A stretch of 64,000 nt of DNA from Sedimentisphaerales bacterium (GCA_963708075.1 OY970194.1:2272001-2336000); one strand, 5' to 3'. Shown: positions 1 to 9,657, numbered from the stretch's first letter. The notes: a model not told the origin generated them from the letters alone. Numbers and translations are program-made.

Positions 1-504
1 TCAACACTATTTTAGTTTTTTCTCTCTACGATGAGCCGCACATATCTTTACGCCCCTCCCGGCCCCGTGTTCGCCCATCCGCCGCTCTTTCAATTTCTTC
101 CCCGCCCCTTGTCATCATTACTGCGGACAGTCGCAACTCCCGCCCTGAGAACTGACAACCGTCAACTGAGCTTCTCGCCGGTTCCCTGGCGGGGTGCACA
201 GGCAAACGATCAATTCTTGACTCTCAAAGAGCTTCGGGGATGCAGTCTCTCTTTGACCTTCCTCATCACAGTATTCTACGCCCAGCCCTCCTCCCAGGTT
301 CTCCCCCACCCCCATTTTCTCACCGATTTCCGCGAAACCCGTGCCCAAACCAGCTTGCCGCAGAGCACACAGAGAAAACGATGCAGACACGGATTCACGC
401 GGATACACACAGATTCCGAACCGAGAACCGACAACTGCAAACCGCCAACCGCCGATGAAGGCTGTTGAACACGGATAGAGGGTCAAAATGCGGCTTCGGC
501 GAGA

Positions 505-780
505 GCCGGTAGGGTGGGCTCTGCCCTGTTTGTTCTACACATCTCGGCGCAGCGGCCCCGAAGGGGTGCGGTCGGCATTCGGTGGCGGATTCGGGGCTCC
601 GCGTAGGACGAGCGTCCTCGCTCGTCCTCTTTCGGCTGTGGCCTTGTACAGTATCCAGTCCGTTGCAAGGGCCCGGACGGGTCGTGCGGGGACGCACGAC
701 CTACGAAGAGGCTCGCCGATTGCCACCGTATTCCGACCACACCCCAAAGATGTGTAGAACAACAAGGGCTCTGCCCACCA
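505..780. repeat. Long nested imperfect inverted repeat (REP/MITE-like hairpin)
   Basis: TGTTCTACACATCT (531-544) pairs with AGATGTGTAGAACA (748-761); 563-586 pairs with 722-745 (3 mismatches in 24); GGTGGGC/GCCCACC ends. Confidence 0.7.
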
Positions 781-877
781 ATGGTCCCGGCCGCAACGAA
801 GAGCGTCTCTCGCCGGGGCCGCAGAGGCCCGAAGACTGAAGGAAAGAGGGTAAGAAACAAGGACGGCAAGAGCAGCC

Positions 878-977
878 CGACAACCGGCAACCGCCAACTG
901 ACAACCGGCACCGACTCCGCAATCCGGCGTCCCGCCCCGGCTCCCTACTCCGCACTCCGAATTCCGCATTCCGCAAT
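878..977 (+). repeat. Degenerate heptamer tandem repeats (ACAACCG- and TCCGCAH-type)
   Basis: acaaccggcaaccgccaactgacaacc and tccgcactccgaattccgcattccgcaat; similar tracts at ~1822-1915, 2388-2418, 2670-2698, 8328-8357, 14738-14762. Confidence 0.7.
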
Positions 978-1131
978 CGCCTTGCCCGCACGTGGGTCAA
1001 AGGGAAAATGCCCAGAGACTATCCCTGCCGCTGTCGCTTCTCGCCCGAGACGGCCTGCAGAAGGTGTCTGACACCATCGTGTTGCGCGAACCTCCCCGCT
1101 TGCGCAGCGGGGAGGTTCGTTGTCTCCTCGC

Positions 1132-1467
1132 TTATTTCGGGCCAACAACAGCGCAACGATACACTTCGTCCGTCACGACGAGAGTGATTTCAGGACAGGG
1201 TTCGGCGGCAGCGTCCAGGACCTCCTCGTCAGAGAAGAACTGGTGAGGCGTAAACCCGTCATTGAAGACGATGAGGACTTGAAGCCACAAGGGATTGAAC
1301 CCGTCACCCTGGATGGCATCGATCACAGGAATGAAATCCTGTTCCTCGTCCAGATCGTTCGAAGCATAGATTACGTTGATGCTCTTGTTGTGCTCGATTA
1401 ACGGGTCGGAGTTGGGCATCTCCTTCATGTTGACGGTGAACAGCTCAGCGTCGTAGTAAGCCGGCAT
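1132..1467 (-). CDS. Hypothetical acidic protein
   Basis: Protein-like ORF MPAYYDAELF...; start could be further upstream (ORF open to 1572). Confidence 0.5.
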   Translation of the reverse strand: MPAYYDAELFTVNMKEMPNSDPLIEHNKSINVIYASNDLDEEQDFIPVIDAIQGDGFNPLWLQVLIVFNDGFTPHQFFSDEEVLDAAAEPCPEITLVVTDEVYRCAVVGPK

Positions 1468-1974
1468 CTGACCTGCTTTGCCGTTCTCGTTTCCTTGCGC
1501 AGCGCCACATTCGTCTGATCCAGACATGCGCTCCAGCAAATGCAGAGCAACACAAGAGCAATGAATGCACAAGCCGATTTCCTTCCGATGTCCATATTGC
1601 TTCTCCTCTGTTCAAGTGGGTACGTTGATCAAACGGCGGTCTCCCTATCGGCGTGTCCCGTTCCGCCAATAGCCGCCATCCCGTTTCAACACTACAGCAA
1701 TACTAGGTCATCCGCAGCCTCTCACAATAGGGGAAGACCCTGATTCTTCCGTGGGAGAAACCCTACCCCGCTCTCGGAGGATGGAATGATGGAACGTTGG
1801 AGTGATAGGTTGACAGTAGCTCCGACTTCACACTTCGCACTTCAAACCTGACACTTCCCCCTGATCCGCACCCCGGCGTCCCCCCTCTGACTTTACACTT
1901 CAAACCTCAAACTTCCCTCACTCAGCACCCCGGCGTCCCGCCGTACATTGCGCACTCCGCATTCCGCACTCGCC

Positions 1975-2325
1975 TCACCCGCCGGATCGTTTTACGGCGT
2001 ATCCTCGCCGTTTGAGCTCTTCCACGAGCAGATCGCGATGATCCCCTTGAATCTCGATGACCGATCCTTTCACAGTGCCCCCGGCCCCGCACCTCTGCTT
2101 AAGCTCCGTCGCCAGCTTCGCCAACCCCTCCCGATCCAACGCCAGCCCAGTGATCACCGTCACCCCCTTGCCCTTACGTCCCTTCGTCTCCCGCCCCACG
2201 CGAATGATCCCATCCCCCGCCACCGCCGGCGGAGATGCTTTGCGACAAACACACTCCGCCACTGGCCTAGCGCATTCAGGACACATGCGCCCGCCTGATG
2301 TAGAGTAAACAATCCGATCTTTCAT
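1975..2325 (-). CDS. yciH: Translation initiation factor SUI1/eIF1-family protein
   Basis: RETKGRKGKGVTVITG, LKQRCGAGGTVK and IEIQGDHR motifs. Confidence 0.93.
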   Translation of the reverse strand: MKDRIVYSTSGGRMCPECARPVAECVCRKASPPAVAGDGIIRVGRETKGRKGKGVTVITGLALDREGLAKLATELKQRCGAGGTVKGSVIEIQGDHRDLLVEELKRRGYAVKRSGG

Positions 2326-2434
2326 CGTTGTATCCTACCGCACAGGCACCACTCTACGCCAGCAAACGACGATTCGAGCGCCCCCCTACTCCGCATTCCG
2401 AAATCCGCATTCCGCAATCAGGGCGTCCCGCCCC

Positions 2435-2508
2435 CACTCCCCTACCGGCCGTCCACACTCCGGACACATCCGTCCCCCCGCCGTCGAATAGACAATCCCA
2501 TCTTTCAT
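2435..2508 (-). pseudogene. Diverged 5' fragment of yciH
   Basis: MKDGIVYSTAGGRMCPECGRPVGE vs MKDRIVYSTSGGRMCPECARPVAE of the intact gene; upstream bases also align. Confidence 0.8.
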
Positions 2509-2711
2509 AGCCTTACATCCTACAGCACAAGCGTCTGAGTCGGGGAGAAAGAAGATCGTAAAGGAATCCGCAGATTTCGCCGATTTGCGCAGATTTCTCA
2601 ACCGAGAACCGACAACTGCACTCCCCCGCCTCTTACTTCAAACTTCACACTTGCCACTTCCCCTCATTCCGCGTTCCGCAATCCGAAATCCGCAATCACA
2701 ACGCCCCGCCC

Positions 2712-2924
2712 CTACTGCCGCTTGCGGGAGCCAAGGTCAATCAGCCAGCCGACCACGAATCCGCTCACGGCTCCCGACAGGATCAGCATGCCGGCGATGG
2801 CAAGCAGAACCATCATCTCAAAGTGCCCCGGCATGGACGGAGTCGCAACAAACATAATGACGAGCAGACTCGCCCCACTGAGCACTCCGAGCACCATCCC
2901 AACAGCAGCCAACCGCCACTTCAT
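2712..2924 (-). CDS. Small two-TM membrane protein
   Basis: MKWRLAAVGMVLGVL... two hydrophobic segments; purine-rich RBS-like sequence upstream. Confidence 0.5.
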   Translation of the reverse strand: MKWRLAAVGMVLGVLSGASLLVIMFVATPSMPGHFEMMVLLAIAGMLILSGAVSGFVVGWLIDLGSRKRQ

Positions 2925-2980
2925 ATATGCAACTCTCTTCCCTTCGCGGTCCCTTCGCGGAGAACCAACGGATGGCTCCC

Positions 2981-3328
2981 TCATCCCCACAGGAAATGGC
3001 CGCTGATGGTTATCGCCAAGCCTATGAGGCCCCAGCAGAGTAGGATGATGCCCAAAACAAGCAGGGAGTACAAGCAGGCCTTGATCGTGCGTGACACAGG
3101 TCTCCCAACGAGCCGCTTGTATCTCCTTGCCACGACCAACGATGTGCCGAGATAGCCGGCGCAGATAATCATTGAGCACATGCCCCCAAGAGTCGCCCCA
3201 AGGAAACTCTCTTGCGGGACCGCAGAGAGCGCTCGCTCGGATGCGTAGGCGACAACGCCGCTCGCTGCGAACATGATCGCCAGAGGCCACGCTACACGCC
3301 AAGCCAGAGTGACTTTCTTTGATGCCAT
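2981..3328 (-). CDS. Hypothetical membrane protein (about 3 TM)
   Basis: MASKKVTLAW...; hydrophobic segments; GGAG upstream. Confidence 0.5.
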   Translation of the reverse strand: MASKKVTLAWRVAWPLAIMFAASGVVAYASERALSAVPQESFLGATLGGMCSMIICAGYLGTSLVVARRYKRLVGRPVSRTIKACLYSLLVLGIILLCWGLIGLAITISGHFLWG

Positions 3329-3554
3329 CTCCAACGCTCCAGGAATCCCCAACCGCAATCGCGAACCAGACGAATCGGTGGGCAAAGCCCACCCTGCCGG
3401 CTCTCGCCGAAGCTATGCCGTGACCTCTTGTCTGCGTTCATCCACGTTCATCAACAACTTCAATCCCTCTGCCCCCACCGGTTCCGTCCCGGCCCGTGAT
3501 GTCCATCAAACCAATAATTCGATAATTGAAGATGCGGCCCCGTCCCCCCCCCAT

Positions 3555-4841
3555 TTATCCACGTCGCCGGGTCTCTCTGACCAACCTAATGATATCTGCG
3601 TTGTCCTGTAGCTTGACATCACCCTCGGTGCAGTACCGGTAGAAGAGGTCCAAGCGGTCGGTGTCCCGCAACACGGCCCTTCGTTTCAGAAGCCAGCGGA
3701 TACCTGACACGCACGCAATCTGGATGAAATATATGTACTCCGCATCCACTTCTTCGACGATGCCCCTATGAACGATGCAGTTGCGATTTTGAGCAATCGC
3801 CGTCAGTGCGTCCTGGAGAGTCGTCTGGTGAACGTCTTTCAGGCCTGCACCGAACCAGGCCAGCCTCTTGACAACAACATCTGTCTTGCCGCCATACTTC
3901 TCCGACAGAGTCAGGTACTCCGCCATCTGCCACAAAGAGAGCAGACAGTATCTCGAATCGACATCATCAACAGAGCATGAATACAGCCGCAGGCAGTTGG
4001 CGATCAGGAGTTCAATTGACTTGTCCGGAGGTACCCTACTAAGCAGTCTTGCGACAGCTCTAACTTGCTTCAATTCCTTAGACGTTACCGTATGTGCCTT
4101 TTCGATCTTTTCGTCATGCAGCTTTGGGAAATAGTAGAAATCACATTCTCTTGTCTCAGACATGCCAATCACATATGAGGGGAAAGGAAGACAGAAGCGT
4201 GGCTTGAATGGTGAGCTAAACTGGAAGGATAAGCCGTTCGCCACCATCTCCAATAACCCCCTCAAAGCACAGAAAGGCAGTGCGATTTCACCCCATGACT
4301 CATGGAATCCGACAGTTGTTGTCTCACACATGAGCCAATGCTTAGGGAGGCTCTTCGGGTCACAGTTGGCATAGCATGAGGCCCGCTTGACGATATCTGC
4401 AAATCGCGAGCTTCCCATTCTGTCTTCTATGGTCTTCAGTGAGGTCACTTTGAAAGTGAGTCCGCATATTGTTATCCGGCGGAGAGGATCATTGGGCGGA
4501 AAGTCTATTTTCAACGGAATGCAGGAAGTCCAACGGAAGCAACTCTGGGTACGTCTCTTTGCCTCAAGATTGAGGTAGGCCTGCTCAAAGGTTTGGTGGT
4601 ACGGCTTTGACAGGCCATGCTCAAGAACCTTCATGATCATGCTTTCAGAGAGCTTGTCCGGCTGTGCACACCCGGACAGGGCCAAGAAATCCAGAGCGGT
4701 ATAGAGGTTGGCCGGCCAGGAAATGGCATCTACTATGCCCTTCCACATAGATGCCGAGTTGACACTGTTTCTCGCCTTCAGAAGCCTCTCGATTATGGCA
4801 TCCGCTCGCCCCTCTGCGTCCTTCTTCCAGAGGTTACCCAT
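3555..4841 (-). CDS. Putative HEPN-domain (ApeA-like) protein
   Basis: 428 aa, lower GC; C-terminal LLSLWQMAEYL helix followed by RNCIVH (RxxxxH). Confidence 0.6.
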   Translation of the reverse strand: MGNLWKKDAEGRADAIIERLLKARNSVNSASMWKGIVDAISWPANLYTALDFLALSGCAQPDKLSESMIMKVLEHGLSKPYHQTFEQAYLNLEAKRRTQSCFRWTSCIPLKIDFPPNDPLRRITICGLTFKVTSLKTIEDRMGSSRFADIVKRASCYANCDPKSLPKHWLMCETTTVGFHESWGEIALPFCALRGLLEMVANGLSFQFSSPFKPRFCLPFPSYVIGMSETRECDFYYFPKLHDEKIEKAHTVTSKELKQVRAVARLLSRVPPDKSIELLIANCLRLYSCSVDDVDSRYCLLSLWQMAEYLTLSEKYGGKTDVVVKRLAWFGAGLKDVHQTTLQDALTAIAQNRNCIVHRGIVEEVDAEYIYFIQIACVSGIRWLLKRRAVLRDTDRLDLFYRYCTEGDVKLQDNADIIRLVRETRRRG

Positions 4842-4988
4842 CTGTCTACACCTTCTTTACTCGCACATCTCGATTATCAACACCATCTCGCCCATCAGGA
4901 TTGACATTCGCTATCCCTGTACATAGGGATGCCATGCTCAGTTCCCAGGCGAAATAGGTAAGCATTTCTGGAACTCCTCACAGAAATC

Positions 4989-5528
4989 TCACTCTGCCTT
5001 GGGCTTAGGATCAGGCTTCACATCGCCAAATTCGTCAATTTCCGGGGCCACTTTACGAAGTTGCTCAACGAGTTTCACATCGTCTACCTTCCAGATAGTC
5101 CCATCCTTGAGACGCGCCAGTCGCACATAGGCAATGCCGGTGAACACCTCTTCTGCACCCAGACTGCGAGTTCCGTCTCCGTTTGACTCTCCCGGTTCAA
5201 GTGGTTTCCAATCGGCACTGTCTTTCCCTGTTACCGTCCAACGTGTCCCCAGTAAACGACGGTTAAAAGCGTCGTACTTCAGGATAACAATCTCGAAGGC
5301 AACAAGTGGTTGCTTTCCGATGTTCTTCCATTTCATATCCTGATTGAATCGGGTGCTTCCCCGATCATAGCGATTAGCGAAAGAGAAGGCGCTCAACTCG
5401 ACATGAGGGCAGATGTTGACAATAAGGGCCTTCCTATCCGGGTAGTTTGCCCCGTCTTGTGCACTTGTACGGTCACCGGAAATAACGAATAGGAATACCA
5501 GGAATGTCAATGGGTTAATAACACGCAT
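4989..5528 (-). CDS. Hypothetical exported protein
   Basis: AGGAG RBS; signal peptide MRVINPLTFLVFLFVISG...SA. Confidence 0.65.
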   Translation of the reverse strand: MRVINPLTFLVFLFVISGDRTSAQDGANYPDRKALIVNICPHVELSAFSFANRYDRGSTRFNQDMKWKNIGKQPLVAFEIVILKYDAFNRRLLGTRWTVTGKDSADWKPLEPGESNGDGTRSLGAEEVFTGIAYVRLARLKDGTIWKVDDVKLVEQLRKVAPEIDEFGDVKPDPKPKAE

Positions 5529-5773
5529 GCCAAATCTCCTTCCTACATACACACAGCTAAATGATTTCATTGTTCTTCACATGCTCAGAGAAAAGTTAAC
5601 GGAGTCCAGGGGACGCCATACTCAATGCGTGGCCATACACACAACCTTGTGTGTCTTCATTTTCCACAATCACACGCACGTACTGACATGCCGCTAACCA
5701 TATTTCACCACACTCTTTCCGACCGTTCAAATCCTATGTCCGCAATTGCTGTTTTGACTTCTCGGGCCTCACA

Positions 5774-5837
5774 GGATTCACCGCAAATCGCTGAGGGACA
5801 TTATGGCGGGAGTTGGCCGGAGGGGCAAGGGGAAAAA
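5774..5837 (-). promoter_or_regulatory. Repeated sigma70-like promoter module, copy 1
   Basis: Minus strand TTGCCC-N17-CATAAT; 59/61 identical to 6689-6749. Confidence 0.65.
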
Positions 5838-5839
5838 CC

Positions 5840-6212
5840 GGTTGTCGGTAGTCGGTAGTCAGTCGCCGGTTGAGACTCTGCGAAAATCTGGAGATTGCCG
5901 CGCTGCGCTCGCACTTGTCTGATCTGCGGATAAGAACAGATCGGAAGGCGGAGCCCACCCTACCGGCTCGCGCCAATGCCATGCCGTGACTCTTATCAGC
6001 GTTGATCTGCGTTCATCAGCGGTTCCATTCTCTCTGCGTCCCTGCGGCTCTGCGTGCAACATGAGATTGAACGCGTGGGTTGAGAACCCACCCTACAGCT
6101 TTCATCGACGTTCGTCGACGGTTGATAGTCAGTTGTCGGTTGTCAGTTCTCGGTTCGGAATCTACGTACATCGGTGTGAATCCGTGTCGGTGTCATTTCC
6201 TCTGCTCGCTCT
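5840..6212. repeat. Composite intergenic repeat module
   Basis: Segments homologous to 361-465 and 498-536 (inverted) and to 6755-6920 and 9410-9445 (direct). Confidence 0.65.
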
Positions 6213-6216
6213 CCGG

Positions 6217-6591
6217 TCACCCGTCGTGCGGGAGATCAAGATACGCGTGAAGCCAGATGAGGAATCCAGTGAATCCGAAGGGCAGGAAGGACAGAAACAA
6301 AAGTGCTATCCCTATAAAAGGCCTTTCCTTGCAGAAGATCACCACGATGGCAATCAGCGGCAGAAGGATCGTCCCCGCCCAGATCAGCAGCGAGCCGGGG
6401 CGGGAGTGCCAGAAGAGGACTGTTCCGTCTGAAACGTGTTTGGCCAGGTACGCAATGGTGTACATGCCATCGTTATGGAAAGGGGGAGCGTGATATCGCT
6501 CGAGTTTGTCAATGCCCACGTAGCCCATGCATACGGCGAGGACATTGAGGAAGAACAAAAACGCTATTACCGCCTTCGCACTCGTTCCCAT
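6217..6591 (-). CDS. Hypothetical membrane protein (3 TM)
   Basis: MGTSAKAVIAFLFF...; GAGGGG RBS. Confidence 0.6.
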   Translation of the reverse strand: MGTSAKAVIAFLFFLNVLAVCMGYVGIDKLERYHAPPFHNDGMYTIAYLAKHVSDGTVLFWHSRPGSLLIWAGTILLPLIAIVVIFCKERPFIGIALLFLSFLPFGFTGFLIWLHAYLDLPHDG

Positions 6592-6688
6592 AGGCCCCTC
6601 ACGAACCAGGACAGCTCGACTCCATAGCACACACGACCGTTCATCCCCTCTTACGACCAGCACGCAGACGCCTTATCGAGTTCGGTTC

Positions 6689-6749
6689 GGATTCACCGCA
6701 ATTCGCTGAGGGACATTATGGCGGGAGTTGGGCGGAGGGGCAAGGGGAA
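6689..6749 (-). promoter_or_regulatory. Repeated sigma70-like promoter module, copy 2
   Basis: TTGCCC-N17-CATAAT on minus strand. Confidence 0.65.
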
Positions 6750-6932
6750 GAATCAGTAGCCGGTAGTCGGTTGTCCGTTATCAGTTGAAAACCTGAGAAG
6801 TCTGCGGATAAAGAAGCCTCTGGATTCCCGCCTTCGCGGGAATGACAGGGTCGGTATCGGCGTTCATCTGCGTTCATCCGCGGTTCCATGTTCTCTGCGT
6901 CCCTGCGGCTCCGCGAGCAACAGAAGACCGAC

Positions 6933-8081
6933 TCAATTTGACGTGGAGGCTGCCGTTTTCTCGGGGCGGAGAGCAATGGTCTTCCAGACCTTGTCGGAAT
7001 CACCGATGTGGATGTTCGCGCTGACGCCTGTGTCTGACACGTGGATGACGGCGTATCCGGGGAAATCGGCGCACTCGAAACCGCCAATGTGTGGTTTCTC
7101 TCGCTCAAGCAGGGTTCGCCGCTCTGCAACTGTGTCGGGCTGGAATTCCGGCTCGAGATCGACGAGTGACTCGCTGTAGCTTTCAACGCCTTCGAGGTGG
7201 TTGCGCACGGATACATTCGGCGAATCGATCACGCTGTTCACGCTGAACTGTACGAAGGCACCTCGCAACGTCTTTCGCGCGACAACACCATACTTGTGCA
7301 GGTGGGCGGTGAGCAGGATCACTTCGTTTGCACCCAGTATGTTCAGGAATCTGTCGCGCCTGTCCAGCTCTTTCTCTCTCCAGAACAGATGCCACGTCGA
7401 TCTGGCGGTATACGGAACCGCCGGGGGATGCATGACAACAAACGCATAGCGATGTCTGTTGCGGCCGAGCGTCTCCTCCAGCCAATTGAGGTCGTTGTTA
7501 TGATAGGCATCGAAGAACACGAACAGGTCCGGCCCTTTCGTAAAGAAGAAGGACGCGGAATCGATCTGCTTTCCACATTCCTTCGACAACCACGGCAACA
7601 TCACGGCATCGAAGGCTTCTTTCGACCCGGGGCCGGTGATATCGTGATTGCCCTTGGCGAAAATGAACGGAGTCTGCGGGATATAGTCGCGAACGAACCG
7701 CCTGGCATCTTTGCACTGCGTCTCCTGAAGCTCACGGCTGCCACAGAGTCCCTCCGTCAGGTCTCCGCCCTGGAGGACCATTTGAATCCGGCCGTCACTG
7801 GCTTTGATCGAGGTCTGAATTCGCTTTAGGAGACCAGGAGCGTGTTCCTCGGTATACTTGGTGTACCCTTCTATCTGGCTGATATCCCCCGGCTGGTTGG
7901 CCTTCACCCACTCGAAATCATGATGCGATCGTTTATCGAGATGCAGGTCGCCGAGATAGACGAAAGAATAGGCAGGATCATGCCCGCCACCCTTAGCTTC
8001 GCCGGCCCCAAGGGGCGATACGGCAAGGTACATACAAAGTATCGCTGCGACCACCACGGTATTCTTGCTGAAGGATCTCAT
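6933..8081 (-). CDS. Exported calcineurin-like metallophosphoesterase
   Basis: Signal peptide; GDLH, GGD, KGNHD and AHLH motifs. Confidence 0.88.
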   Translation of the reverse strand: MRSFSKNTVVVAAILCMYLAVSPLGAGEAKGGGHDPAYSFVYLGDLHLDKRSHHDFEWVKANQPGDISQIEGYTKYTEEHAPGLLKRIQTSIKASDGRIQMVLQGGDLTEGLCGSRELQETQCKDARRFVRDYIPQTPFIFAKGNHDITGPGSKEAFDAVMLPWLSKECGKQIDSASFFFTKGPDLFVFFDAYHNNDLNWLEETLGRNRHRYAFVVMHPPAVPYTARSTWHLFWREKELDRRDRFLNILGANEVILLTAHLHKYGVVARKTLRGAFVQFSVNSVIDSPNVSVRNHLEGVESYSESLVDLEPEFQPDTVAERRTLLEREKPHIGGFECADFPGYAVIHVSDTGVSANIHIGDSDKVWKTIALRPEKTAASTSN

Positions 8082-8237
8082 TGTGACTCGTGCCTTCCAA
8101 ACTTATTGTGTATGTCTATTGATAAAGAGTCTCATGAAACGGCCGAGAGGATTGCCGGTCCCAGGAGCCACGGGGCGACGCGCCGCCAATCGATCCGGCG
8201 ATTATGTATAAGGTTGTTGTGTCGTTCAGCGTCCATA

Positions 8238-8324
8238 TTCGCTGACGGACATTGTGGCGGGACCTGGCCGGAGCGGCAAGGGAAAAGATCGCCGGAAAAG
8301 TCGCTTGTCGAGGGACAAGAGGAA
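8238..8324 (-). promoter_or_regulatory. Repeated sigma70-like promoter module, copy 3 (diverged)
   Basis: TTGCCG-N17-CACAAT; 8271-8324 repeated directly at 9227-9280. Confidence 0.55.
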
Positions 8325-8498
8325 CTACTCCGCATTCCGCAATTCGAACTCCGCAATTACCCTCCGCCAGCCCGACGTATGATCTAAGCGATTTCTCGCA
8401 CCGCCTCGATACTGTCGCGTACTAGGCTCCAAGAACTAAGTATAGTGAATAGGTGGGCAATGCCCACACATGGATCGGCAGATAGGAAAGGATGGGGT

Positions 8499-9110
8499 AT
8501 GAAGGCGTTGCGAAGTACACCTTGGGTGCATGTTCTCGTAATTACGCTGGTCCTGGGGGTGGTCGCGACAACCGGCGGCGTGAGGCCGGCCGCGATGGAG
8601 CCGCTGGCGGCGATCCCCGGGGGGGTTACTGATGGCACGCCGGCGGTCGAGTCGTTCTTCGATATCTTCCTGGAAATCGAAGGCGTGGAGGGTGAGTCCA
8701 CAGTTCTGGGTCACGGGGGGGCCATTGAAGTCCTCTCCTGGAGCTGGGGAGTCTCACAGATGTCCACCGGGGGCGGCGGTGGTGGCGGCGTGACGGCTGC
8801 CCGAGAGAAGACCGGCCATGTAACACTCATCAAGCGGATCGACAAGGCTACGCCGTTGCTGTTCAAACGCTGCGTCGATGGCACGCACATCCCTCGCGCC
8901 GTGGTTCATCTGACTCGCGAGGACGGCCAAACCTACCTGAAGTATGAGTTGAAGGAAGTGATGGTCAGTTCCATCATGCACGGGGGCGACCTGGATGGCG
9001 ACGGATGCCCGGATGAAACGCTCGAGCTGACGCTGGGTGGGACCAAGCTCACCCACACACAGTTCGACGCCACAGGCAAGCCGGTCGGCCAAACTTCGGC
9101 CGAGTGGTGA
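8499..9110 (+). CDS. hcp: Hcp/TssD-family tube protein homologue with N-terminal signal peptide
   Basis: FLEIEGVEGES...H...IEVLSWSWG, KRIDKATPLL and YLKYELKEVMVSS are Hcp motifs. Confidence 0.82.
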   Translation: MKALRSTPWVHVLVITLVLGVVATTGGVRPAAMEPLAAIPGGVTDGTPAVESFFDIFLEIEGVEGESTVLGHGGAIEVLSWSWGVSQMSTGGGGGGGVTAAREKTGHVTLIKRIDKATPLLFKRCVDGTHIPRAVVHLTREDGQTYLKYELKEVMVSSIMHGGDLDGDGCPDETLELTLGGTKLTHTQFDATGKPVGQTSAEW

Positions 9111-9657
9111 TGACGATTTGGAATCGTTCCTCACCGTGGCCGTCCCGATTGTGTCGGGACGGCACGCAGGACGTTGCGGTGAGCGCGCCCGCAACGTCCT
9201 TTTTCCCATTGGGCCCGGACGGTTGCGACGGGCAAGAGAAAAGCCGGCTGGAAAAGCCGCTTGTCGAGGGGCAAGAGGAATCGATGTGCGCTGTACACCC
9301 TGCCGGCTTGAAATCCAAAGCACGAAGCCCGAGAACCGAAAACGGATCGAGAATCCTAATTTGCGTGGGCGGGTTTGAAACCCGCCCCTACGAGTTGCCG
9401 AGGCCGTGTCGTGACTCTTACGGCGTTCATCCGCGTTCATCCTCCGGCATCGCTCAGAGCCTGCCCTGAGCTTGTCGAAGGGACGGCGTCTGCGGTTTCG
9501 TCCTCTATCGGCCGCATCTACCGGACAAATACTGGAAAATACGTGACTTGGGCCGGGGATTCGGTTACAAGCGACTTTGCAAGAGGCGGTTGCATGGATG
9601 CGGCAGCCCTGCACCAGGCTGTTCAGGAGTCGCAAATACCCGTAAAAGGAGACCGTT

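Noticed and set aside
31..1100. Overlapping ORFs at the window start
   Set aside because: Made of heptamer and REP repeats with no protein-like motifs.
8499..9110. Type VI secretion or phage tail locus
   Set aside because: No sheath, baseplate, vgrG or phage genes in the window.
1..9500. Integron cassette array or DGR
   Set aside because: No integrase or reverse transcriptase, no convincing RYYYAAC...GTTRRRY attC sites, and the yciH duplicate differences are not adenine-specific.
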